From Protoeuglena noctilucae (lineage: Eukaryota), in assembly GCA_958009085.1 (NCBI GenBank), contig OY253668.1:1860001-1924000 (forward strand): DNA of 64,000 bases, read 5' to 3'. The notes beneath the pieces were generated by a model. That model searched no databases. It was not told the DNA's origin and worked only from the letters and a program-made list of their open reading frames with translations. The position numbers were made by a program, and so were the translations under genes. Of this stretch, positions 36,878-48,200 are shown in pieces; within the stretch, counting starts at the first letter, position 1, and the number at the start of each line of letters is the position of its first letter.

Positions 36878-37222
36878 GGCAGAGGGCGCACACAGGCGCC
36901 GTGGGCTGCACGCATCATCAGCCAGTGGGCGCACGCACGACAGTTGCTGACGCGGCATGCGCCATGAGGCAGAGGGTGCACGCAGGCCGTGGACTGCGCG
37001 CGCCACCGCAGAGTGACAGCGGACACCGCTGTGGGCAGCAATCGGCAGCCGCACGCTGCAAGCTGTGGACTGTGCATGAAACCACGAGCGACGGGGAGTT
37101 CAACATCAACCGGAGTCCTGAAAGGGTGGCGTCGAAGTAGCATGGGGCCCACCCCATCCGTTGGCCCCTCGATAGGCTGCACGTACTCCTGCCCCACGGT
37201 CCCCTTCCCGCTTGCCCGCTGC

Positions 37223-38351
37223 TTAGAGCCCCGAGCCCTGCTCCGGGTTGAACGCCGCGTTCGGCGCGCCGTAGGGCTGCCCGCCGTAGGGCTGCGCTCC
37301 CGAGTAGGGCTGTGCGGGCGGCTGGTAGGGCTGGTATGTACCCACGGACCCCCCGCCCACGCTCGTGGCCGCGTCCTCCTGGGACTTCTGCACGCAACGG
37401 AAATAGATCTAATGCGTGGCCCGTCGCTGGTCTCGCGCTGGGCAGCGCAAGCAAGCACGGGTGCTAGCTGGGGCGGACTGCGCTCCGAGACTCGCACCTT
37501 CAGGGTGTAGGCAAAGTACGTCCCGACGAGCTTGATGGCCATGAGGCACACCTCCACCAGCACCAAAAAGCCGAACCCCTGTGGAGACCACAGAAGGAGG
37601 GACATCCAGGGCGGCGAGCAAGGACGGGACAGGGTGGGCAGGAGTTACCAGGCACAGTGGGGAGGGGAGGAGAGAGCAAGCCACGTGATGCACAGATTTT
37701 GCACGAGCTTTCGCTTACCTTTGGCCGCGCGACCACTCCCAGCTTAATGCAGTCCAGAACCACACTGAGGCGAGGAGCGGGGAAAGCATTTTTGTGGCCA
37801 TGTGCAGTGCGCAAGGGGCGCAGGGGCAAGAAGCGCGAGAGGATGTCATCTGTAGACCGTGGACAGGGAGCAAGGGGCGCAGAGGGGCGCGCGCTCGCTG
37901 GCAAGGGCTGGCGGCAACAATGCCGCGTCGAGACGCCCAGAGGTCGCACCTGGTCGGCGTCACGATGAGGAACAGGTTCAGCAGCTCCATGCTCGAGATC
38001 AGAACTGCGGGCATGTGACGGTGCGTCGTTTTTCCAGCGCAACGCGACCCTTTTGGCTGCCCGCGCGCTCGGAAGGGCGGGCATCCAACCTGCGACAATC
38101 CCCATGATCCCGAGCGCCACGTTCGTGTCCGGGACGAACATAGAGGCGATCATACCCTGCGAAGAGAGGCGCGGTGCGGGAGAAGTGCGCAGAAGCTTTT
38201 TCTTAGGTCTGGGCAGTTCCGCTGGGGGCCGCGGCGCAGATCCAGGCGTCGCAGCGCTGCCGCAACGCACCACTGCCACCATGCACGTGGACGTGAATTT
38301 CAGCCTGTCTCCCGGCGCCCCGCTGAAGAAATCCATGGCAATCCCCACCAT
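37223..38351 (-). CDS. Small four-TM membrane protein with QPY-repeat cytosolic tail
   Basis: 6 short exons with hydrophobic segments (GMIASMFV, VALGIMGIVA, LLNLFLIV, FGFLVLVEVCLMAIKLVGTYFAY); tail TYQPYQPPAQPYSGAQPYGGQPYG. Confidence 0.72.
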
Positions 38352-38691
38352 TTTTCCCCCGCCGTGAAGGGAGGGGGACGCTGTCGCTGTGAGGTGCGCA
38401 GGATCGCCTCCACTTGAACTTCGCGCGAGGCTGACGAGAGAACGCAGCGCGTCGGGGGCCCGCGGGACGCGAAAAAGCAGCCACTGTCCTGCGCCAGGAA
38501 ACTTGTGCCCACACCGGCGAAGGGCTCGCGATGCCGGGGCGCGGTGCCAGACGTCGACTAAACCATCTCGCTGCCTGGCCTCTGTTGGCTTCCGCCTTGT
38601 CGCCGGGAAAACTGAGAGTCTCTCCTCGTGTTTGCTCGCAAGCGCTCGTGGCCAGCCGAGCCCCGGCGAGTTCCGTTCGCATCTGCCGACC

Positions 38692-39799
38692 ATGGACAGG
38701 CCGCAGACGTCGCGAACACCGGGTGAAACGGGCGCCACCGCGGGTACGGCGCGCCGGGAGCCGCTCCCTGTGCCTCGCCTCCACTGCTCCTGCGTCGACG
38801 ACGCGGGGATGCGCCGACCTCCTTGACGCTTGATATCTAGGCATTGCTATCTCCTCGCATCATGCAAGCGCGAGGTCGAGCCTGCTGCAGTGGCCTCTCT
38901 CACTCCCACGGGCCCCTCACTCCCCGCAGTCCCCGAGCTGCCGACGTGCAGCAAGTGCCACGGTGTCCTGCTCTGGGACTCGGACATGATGGCGAAAGGG
39001 CAGGACCCCAAGTGCACGGGGCTCCTGCTGCCCGCGCACGCCAAGAGGGACGCCTTTTCGCCCATACCCGTCGAGATGGGCGCCTTCACGCACTTCCGGT
39101 ACGCGTGCGTGGGCAAGGCAATCTTCGAACGCCGGAACCAAGACCGCGCCAGCACCTCGGGCCGGAACGAGCCCCAGAACGTGACACGCTCCGAGGCGTT
39201 CCTTCCTGACTGCCGGTTCCTTCGCGTCACGTCCATGGGGCAGGGTGCAGCACAGCCCCACACGGCTGGGGCCCCGCCGTCGGGGACCGGGCGCGAAAGA
39301 GGTGCGTGCTGATGCCACAGCGCGCACTGCCGGGGATTGGCGATGCAGCGGCAGGCGATGTGGTCTTGCATCGCATCGCGAGGGCACCGTGGACTTTCTC
39401 GAGCATGCGTCGTTTGCTGAGGGATGAGCTGCTGGTTTCCTCACGCAGAGGGCTCTGATGGGGCGGGCAAGAGGGAGCTGTGGGGCATGGGGCCAGACGT
39501 GGACAGCGAGGGGGGCGAAACGAGCCCGAAGACTCTTCCCGGAAAGGTGCTGGACAAGTCGATCCAAATTTTGCAGAGGTGACTGCAGAAACGCCTGCAA
39601 GCACACGGGCCGGCTTGGCGTGGGTCTGCTGCGGATGGAAATTCATGTCGTTTTTACGCTGTCACATCGCAGGGTCCCCGCGACCGTGGAGACCATGTTC
39701 CGTGCGGCTCGGAGGGTCGCTTTTGCGGTGGAGCAGGTTGTGAAGGCTGTGGGGGGCTCGGGTGGGGGAGGAAACGACCGTGGCAGGAGCGGTGCATGA
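38692..39799 (+). CDS. Conserved hypothetical protein with Cys motifs
   Basis: KCHGVLLWDS...PKCTGL...FRYACVG..IF...LPDC pattern recalls an uncharacterised plant family (from memory). Start uncertain. Confidence 0.55.
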
Positions 39800-40189
39800 C
39801 GCTTGTGGTAGTGCATGGCGCTTGTGGTCACACATAGCGTCCCCCATAGTCGGGCAGCTGCATTCAAAGGCCGAAGTCGGGCATAGCGTCTCTGACAGAC
39901 GTCGGAAGACAGACGGTCACGGACCCTGCAGCGTCGCTGGGTGGCTTATCGCTGAGACCTTCTGCAATAAACCAATTATTGTTGAAATCAGGAACGCCTC
40001 GCGCTGCTGACTCGGTGACCAGCAGCGACGTGCGAAGCGCATTCCGCTTCATAGCTTGCACACTCCCTCGCGCCTGTGCGCTCTTCGCACGAATGTTTTG
40101 CGCCGCAACGACAGCCCATTGACTTCGTTGCTTCTTTTTCATTCTTCACCCATCGCGCAAGGCGGAATCGGTCCACCCCTGGGAGAGCC

Positions 40190-41461
40190 ATGGCAGCCAC
40201 AGTAGACCACCTTCCCAAACTCGAGTGCGGTGAGCTACCTCGTCGACTTTAGCAGCAGTACGGCTGAGAAGTTCAAAGCTATGATAGTAAGCATCCCGCA
40301 GAGAAGAGGAGCTCCGCGCCTCGCTTGCGCGGAGGGCTCCCTGCACCCTCATGGCCCCGTGCCTGCCTTGCCTCGCAGCCAACTGCGGGGACGTGGGGGA
40401 CCTGCTGCGGTGTTCCCGCTGCCGCAACATCTTCTTCTGCTCGGCCGAGTGCCAGCGGGCGTACTGGCCCCTGCACAAGTCGGAGTGCAAGAGGAACGAG
40501 TTCGCGGACGCCGTGGAGCATGCCGAGCCCAGGTTCGCGGCCTGGATGCGCAACCACGGCAAGCAGGCCGTGCTCAAGGACGACGAGGTCGAGAGACTCG
40601 AGCGGGCGCGCAAGGCGACCACCGGGCTGAGCCACGGGGAGGTGATGGAGTCGATGTTCGGGCGTGCACGCCCCAAGCCCTTGCTGGGGGACTACACGGA
40701 CGAGGAGGTGGCACGCATGCGAGCGAGGGAGGCCGAGGAGAAGAGCAAGCGCGCGGCGCTGACGACCCAGGTAGGTCCCAGAGGTGGCTCGAGCTCAGAC
40801 GGGTGTTGATGTGAGCAAAGGCACCGTCCCAATCCCAGCACCATAGTTGCCGAGTGACGCGACATTCACCCCGCTCGGTCCGTGGCGCAGGACAAGGCGT
40901 GGGCCTGCGTCCCCAAGGACGAGGTGCTGGGCAGGGAGAGTGCCCGGATGCGATGGCGACAGAACCGCTCGTACGTCGAGGTGCACCTCAGGCTGCCGCG
41001 CGGCTGCCCTCCGTCGACCGTGCGCGTGACGATCCGCCGCACGGAGCTCTCGGCCTACGCCGGGGAGGCAAAGCTGCTTGCCGGCACCCTGCACCGGCCC
41101 GTCAAGGCCGAGGAGTGCGTCTGGCTGATCCAGGACGGCGTGCTGGAGATCACGCTGCTCAAGGAGTCGCGGAAGGGGTGCCTCGCCGACGGGGAGACGG
41201 TGGCCAGCACCTTCTGGCGGGCAGGTGAGCGCCTGCGCCTTGTGCAGCTCTTGTACCTGCGCGGTATGGCTGAGAGGCTGAAGAAGCACCCGCCTCCCAT
41301 CAACTCCAGTCCTGAAAGACTCGGGAGAGGACGAGGCGATCCCCGACGGGCCTGTGCCGACGGCGTACTACGAGAGCCCCGCGGACGTGCACGACATGGA
41401 GCCCCATCGGCGGGTGAAGAGCAGCGGCCGCCCCATGATTGACCGCTCGCGGGAAATGTGA
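40190..41461 (+). CDS. MYND zinc finger + CS (p23/NudC-like) domain protein
   Basis: ECANCG...RCSRCRNIFFCSAECQRAYWPLHKSEC; WRQNRSYVEVHLRLP...LLAGTLHRPVKAEECVWLIQDGVLEITLLK; TGA at 41459-41461. Confidence 0.88.
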
Positions 41462-42289
41462 GCCTTTCTGCCGAGAGATTGGCTAGCACTCGCGGGTGAA
41501 ATTATGACAAATGTCCAACTAGGGCATTGGAGTCCCCCCGCGGTCTACGCAAGAGCAAATCCAATTGAGTCGACGAAGCCGAATGACGCCGGGTACTTAG
41601 CTTGAAGCTAGCTTGACAGAGGAAGCGTGAAGTAATTTTGCGCTCGTAGTTGAAGCTAGCGCTGCGCCACGCATAGCTGCAAGGCTGTTTGGATCTCCTC
41701 TAACTGCCTCTTGGAGTGGCAGGCGGAGCGCCCCCATGGGAGTGTGGGCAGGCGGCATTGCCTCTACGCGGGGATTTTTCCATCTACGTAGAGCCGTCTA
41801 GTACGCGAAGCGCTCGTCCGGTGGAAGGATACTTGCACAGGAGGTCATGTACGCGTGGAGGCGGCCCTGAGGTCGGCCTCAGGTGGGGGCTCGCGGCTCT
41901 CCTCGCTTTGCATGTGTCGTAAGCCAGCGCAGCGACGAAACGCCTCGGCTCTTGGCGTGTCTGACCGCGGCCTGCATATTTGCCATCTGCTGCTGAACCT
42001 GGAATGCGCTCAGCTCGTCGCGGCGCACGCAATCTCCGCTTCGCGTTGTCCTCGCAGGGACTAGAGCGCCGGGGGGGCTCTCCGCGCAGCCTTCGCCCGG
42101 AATGGAAAAGCACTTTCGTGTCAATGGCACCAAAGAACTGGGGTCCGCGCAGGTGGGGCCCTGAGACCGCTCCCTCGCGCCCCTCGCGACCGGTCTCATG
42201 TCGGTCCACCCGTTGCCGCACGCGGCGTATCGCGCGTCCCCTTTCCGCAGGAGTCTGCGGAGCATCCCGCTTCGACGGTTCCAGCTGGC

Positions 42290-45200
42290 ATGGGGCGGCC
42301 CCCTCGGGACGATGAGCCCGGTTCCGGGAGTCCCGTGGCGGGGTCAGATGGCGATGGCGCAGAGGGTCCCGAGGCGGAGGTCCCGTGGGGCACGCTGGGC
42401 ATCACGGAGCTCGACAGCCGCATTGCGGCTCTTTTCATGAACCTGGGCCGCCCCCTTGGGTTGATGACCGCGGCCGAACTGGCCCGGGAGCGACTCAAGC
42501 AGGCGACGTGGTGCGTGGAAGGCCCGATGCTCACGACTCTGCAATCGTCCCCCGGCGCCGCCTCCCTCTGCACTTTGTGTGACTTCCCGGCCGCAGGGAG
42601 GACGAGAGCGCGCCCTCGAAACCCTCCAAATGGCGTTGGAAAGAAGAGATGGGCCCGACGTTCTCGTGCCACCCCGACGGCCCCATCGCCAGGCTGGTCA
42701 GCAGGGCCAGGGAAGCGCACCGGCGGGACGAGGGCGAGGACAAGGTGTGGGTGGCAGTATTGCAGGTGTAACCTTGGGCAGGGCATACAGCGCAGCACAG
42801 GCCGTCACACCCGCCATGCACGTAACTGCTGATGGAAACCTCTTCCTGGTCTTTGCTCTGACTTGCGCGAGTCCCGCCCGCACAGGAGCATGACGCTCCG
42901 GCCGAGGAGCGGCGCGCGAGGCCGCAGGGGCCAGGGTCCAGCGCACACGGCGCTGTCGGCCCGGGCGGGGGCGTGAAGAGCGAGGTCCTCAACCCAGGCC
43001 AGGGTCTCTCGCCCAGCGTGGACCCTTCCCAGGCGCAGAATGGAACCGAGACTGGTGCTGAGGCAGCTTTGGGGGAGCCTGGGGCGGAGGCGGAGGTGGT
43101 GGCAGTAACGGCTTACGGAAGCGTCGTGTCGCGCTCGCGCGCGGGCCCGGCGTCGTCGTCGAGGGGCCGCTTCGCCTCCAAGCCGCTCACGCCCCGGTGG
43201 GGCATGCTGCTGGAGGCGGTGGCGGAGCAGGTGCAGGCGCAGCCGGCGGGGGCCACGGCGCCAGCCGCCAAGCCTCACGTCGCCAAAGGCGACGTGGGCC
43301 CGCTGGAGCGCTTCCGACGCAAGGCCATGCGCGTGGTCGTGGTGATCGTCGAGCACCGGTTGTTCGAGTGGGCCACGGTGGCGGTCATCGCGGCCAACTG
43401 CGTGACCCTCGCCCTTTACAAGCCCCTGGAGCCCAACTCGGAATGGAACAAGTGAGTGCGCATTGCTCACTATCACCGACGTTGCCCATCCCACCTGCAC
43501 CGTCACCACTGCCTGTGTTGCCGGCACCGCTCACATCGACTGTGCCCCTCGCCTCACCGCACCGCCCCTCGCCCCTCCCAGGCGCTTGGAACTCGTGGAG
43601 CTGGGTTTCACGGGCCTCTTCACCCTTGAGGTCTTCCTCCGCATCCTCTACCGCGGCGGGATTGTCCCCTTCCTCCTCCGGCCCCTCAACTCCTTCGACG
43701 CATTCCTGGTGGCCGTCGGCTACCTCTCCCTCGTGCCCTCCACCACCCGCGTCCCCGCCCTCCGCGCCTTCCGCACCCTCCGCGTCCTCCGGCCCCTGCG
43801 CAGCATCTCCCGCGTCCGCAGCCTGCGCTTAGTGAGCCTGTCGTTTGTCGCCTCCGTGCCGCTCCTACTCCAGACAGGCCTCCTCCTGGCATTCATCCTC
43901 GTCGTGGCGGCCGTCATCGCCATGGACCTCTTCCACCAGGTCTACCACCACCAGTGCTACGACCCAGTCACGCAGACCTGGGAGGTCGGGCAGGGCGCGT
44001 CGCCTGACGAATTTGGCTGCGGGGGTTGGCGCGACTGCCCGGCCGCATACCCCGTGTGCGCCGACCCTGGCCTGTCCCAGGGGCAGATCCAGCAGGGGTA
44101 CGCCAACCTCGGCACGGCCTTCATGAGCGCCTTCCAGGTCATCACGCTCAGCAACTGGGACGCCGCCATGTATCGCGTGGTGGACGCCACCGACTGGGCC
44201 GCCATCATCTGGTTCATCGGCCTGGTGTTCCTGGGCACCTACTTCGCCCTCAACCTCAACTGCGCCGTGCTCAAGGTCCGCTTTTCCAAGGAAAACCTCG
44301 CCATCATGGAGACCAAGCGCAGGGAGCGCGAGCAGAGGGCGGCGGTGGCCGAGCAGGGAGTGCAGCGCGCGAGGGGGCGCTTCAAGGACCTTTTGGCTGA
44401 GAGGAGGCACCGGGTGAGTCGGGCAGAGGGCTGTTCGTGCATGTCGCGCGTGGTTGCGTGCGCTGAGCGAGTGTCGGCGACTGCGGCAGTCAACCTCGCG
44501 CATGCGTCGGTCACCGCGCATCATCCTCTACGCCTGCTTGCCATGCAGGCGGCCCGGGCGGCGCTCGGGGACCGCCGGGGCGCGTCGAAGGCCCTGCTGG
44601 CGCTCAACTTGATGGCCGGGGCCCAACAGGAGGAGGAAGCTGGGGAAGGCAACGAGGAGGTGCCGGAGGCACAGGACGAGGACGTGGGCCGAGGGCGCAT
44701 CGCATTGCTGCGGGCGAAGATCCTGGTGGAGAAGCGCGCGTGGACCCGGGCGTGGCTCCGCATTCGTTTGGCCCTCCTGCGCCTCTGCTACAGCCGCTGG
44801 TTCGGCCACTTCATGTTCGTGGCCATCCTGCTCAACCTGGTCGTCCTCGCCATGGACTCGCCCCTCAACTCCGCGAGCCTCGAAGAGAAGCTCAACAGTG
44901 AGTGGCGTGGCATGGCTTCTGCTATGCTGGTATGCGTGCTCGCTTGATACGGTGCGCCGACACGCGTCCCTCCCTCTCACCTCTCCCCTCTGGCCTCTCT
45001 CTCTTGTCTGTCGCCTTTCACCTCTCTCCCCTTACCTCTTCCGCTCCCGCAGTCATCAATGCCACGCTCACCGCGCTCTTCGGCGCCGAGGTCCTCGTCA
45101 AGCTCATGGGCATGACGTGGGACTTCTTCAGCGATCGCTTCAACATTTTCGACTTCGTCGTCGCCCTCCTGTCCGCCCTGCAATACGGGCCCCTCCCGAG

Positions 45201-48200
45201 CCTGGGCATACGGAGCCTCCGTGCCGCACGCACCATCCGCGTTTTACGTGGACTGCGCGTACTCCGCATGGTCCGGTTCTTCCAGTGAGCGCTGGACCGG
45301 GGCAGGAAACGCTGCTATTTGATTTTCTCGCTCGGAGCCCCGCTTGCTTCCGCCCGTTGCGCTGCCTCGCGTGCTGCAGTAACTCTTGCCCTTTGCTTAC
45401 TGGTCGCAGATACATGGGCACGCTGCGCAAGATCGGCAACATCATCTCGCAGTCGGCGAGCATCTTCGCCAGCGTCTTCATGCTCCTCTTCATCCTCATG
45501 CAGACCTACACCATCCTCGGCCTTCACTTGTTCGGCCACGTGACCATCTCACCTGACGCGCAGACGACCAGCAACTTCAACAACTACCCCCGCGCCCTCG
45601 CCACCATCTTCCACGTGAGTCGAAGCAGCGCACGCGAAGCCGGGAGAGATTTCAGTGAGGCTTATCGAGCTTGTATGAAGGTCAGCTCAGCGCTTGTCAG
45701 ATTTGAATCGTCGATGCGTCTCTGCAGGTTCTGTGCCTGGACGACTGGGAGGTGGTGATGGCTACGTACCGCGACCAGGTCGGCTACGGCTGCTGCGTCT
45801 TCTTCATGAGCTGGGTCGTCCTGGGCAACTTCGTGTGCCTGTCGCTCTTCCTCGCCGTGGTCATGGAGGCGTTCGAGTCCAAATACGACGTACAGGCGAG
45901 TGCGAGAGCGAATTTGTGACAATAATGGTCGCATAGACTTACCAGAGATGTACTGAGCGAGGGCTGGGAATCCCAATGCTTGGTGCAATGTGGTGCCGTC
46001 GATGGTCGCTGCGTTGCAAGCGACCGATAAGATACTGTTCATTAAACAGATCCGAGCATATTGCTTGCTATTCGCAGACCACAAACGAGATTAAGATCCT
46101 CGTGGTGATCCCCTGGGTCAAGCATCAGCTGCAGGCGGCGACAGAGAACATGGCGCACGCGGACGCCCTCGCATCGCGCATCACGCACAAGGCGCAGGGC
46201 GTGCTGGACTTCATTATGCAGAAGAGCGGCATGGCGCAGAGCCAGGCGGCGGAGAGCGAGGGGCAGGGAGGGGACCGGGGGGAAAGCAACAGAGAGGGGT
46301 GGGAGCAGGGGGGCGGGAGCAGTGCGGGGGCCAAGGCCCCAGGTTGCGAGGGCGTTGGGGAGGCTGCGGGGGTGGATAAGGGGACGGATGTGGTGCAGCC
46401 ACTGGATGGGAACGCGGGGGACGGGGTGGGGGATACGGGGGGGTCGGAGGGGCGCCGTCTGACACAGCTGTGCCAGTCTGAGGGACGCAGGGGGGTGGGA
46501 GAGGGCGCGGGAGGCGCGGGAGCTGACATCGACGGGCCCATGGCTACGCGGGCTGTCCCGGCGGGGGTGCTGGCGGCTGCGGTGGGTGGTACTGCGGGAG
46601 CGGTGGGGGCGGAGCAGGGCTCGCCGAGGGTGCGCGGGAGTTGGTCGGGAGTGGTCGAGACACGGCAGATAGAGTGGGCAGCCAGGGGAGCGGGGCGGGT
46701 GGCGGCGGGGGTGTGGCGGTGGGGGCCGCGAGCATCGCGGCTGACACGCCACCGCCACTGGGCCCACTCCCCGTGGTGCGGACGACGGGCGGGGTCTCCG
46801 ACATGCCACTCATTCGAAGAGTGCCTGGCGACGCGCCGGGACCGACGCCGCCCCTCGTGGGGGCACTGGGGGAGGGTGCGGGGGATGCGGACACACCCGG
46901 GCCACGGGAGGGTGCGGGCGAGGGTGGGGGCTTGTCAAGGGACCCGGCGAGCGACGCAGCGGAACCGCGGGGCACTCCCTCGCCGCATCCGGGCATCCCG
47001 GGGCCAGCGGGGGAGCCCAGGGTGTCAGCGCCGCCGCGCGTGTTGGGCCGGGGTGGGGCAGCAGGGTCGCCTTCACCCCTCAAGGGGCTGAGAGGGACCC
47101 GGGCATCTAAAAATAACGGTTCTGCGAGGACGGGTGCGCCGGGTCCGGTCGCGGAAGGGCTGGAAGAAGACTTCGCACAGAGGCATGGGCAGGGGCCTGA
47201 GGGTTGCGAAGAGGCCAGCCCCAGGTGTCGAGATGGAGGCGAGGGGCGGGTGCGCTCTACCCTGCGTGCCCCGTGGCGTGAAGCCAGGGGTGTGCGTGGG
47301 AGAGGGTCTGCGGTGTCCTTAGGACCGGCGGGGCCGGTGGCAGAGGGGCTTGAGGCTGGGAATGAGGCTGGGCATGAGGGTGAGCGGGGCGCAGAGGTTG
47401 GGGTGCCGGAGCGGGTGAGGGTGGCGTGGGGAGCGGGGAAGAAGGGCGGGGGTGACGGGGGAGGGCAGGGAATCCTGCGGCCTGGCAAGGGTGCGCAGGT
47501 GCACCCCGGGGATGGAGCGGTGGGGCAGGCGGGAGGCGCGGCAACGGGCCCCGCCAGCGCACCGGGTCCTGCGAGCGCGGCGGGTCGGCCGAAGAGTGCG
47601 GTGAAGAAGACAACGGCGCGCAAGGCCAGCCGGCGGCATGTGGCGGTGGTGGCGCCAGAACCTGGGGCGGCGCAAGGGGCCAGGGAGGAGGAGGAGGTCC
47701 GTCGGCCTCGTGGCGTGGCTTGGGCGGACTCGGGCGCGAGTCGCCGAGCCATGGCGGCGTTAGTGCGGTCGGTGTCTCAGTCGGCGTCACGGGCGTTTGA
47801 TCGGGCCAACAAGAGCATGGCCGCGACGTTGCTGAGGGACCTGGAGGCGATTGGGATGGAGGTGAGCGGTTGTTGTTAATGTGCATGCGAACGAACTCGC
47901 AGAAGGTTTGCAATAAGCAGACGGATGGGCGCGGAGGGGCCAGGGATACGCGGAGAAGGCACGACACATGTGCGACCCTCCCTGCTCCTGCTGTCTCGCA
48001 GGCCAAGTCTCTGCGGGGCCGGACGTGGGCGGAGCCCGCGTCGCTGACCAAGGCGCAGCGGGGCTTCCGGAACGTAGCGATGAGGGCGCGGGTGGCGGCG
48101 GCGTTTGGGGACGCGCGCAACAGGAAGGGCGACGGTCAAGGGGAGGAGGAGGAAGAGGGACGGGAGCGTGGCATCCGGGCCTTTTTGTCCATGGCTCGCA

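Noticed and set aside
41784..42265. Two overlapping minus-strand ORFs (145 and 128 aa)
   Set aside because: No recognisable domain or convincing splice model; a small gene cannot be excluded.
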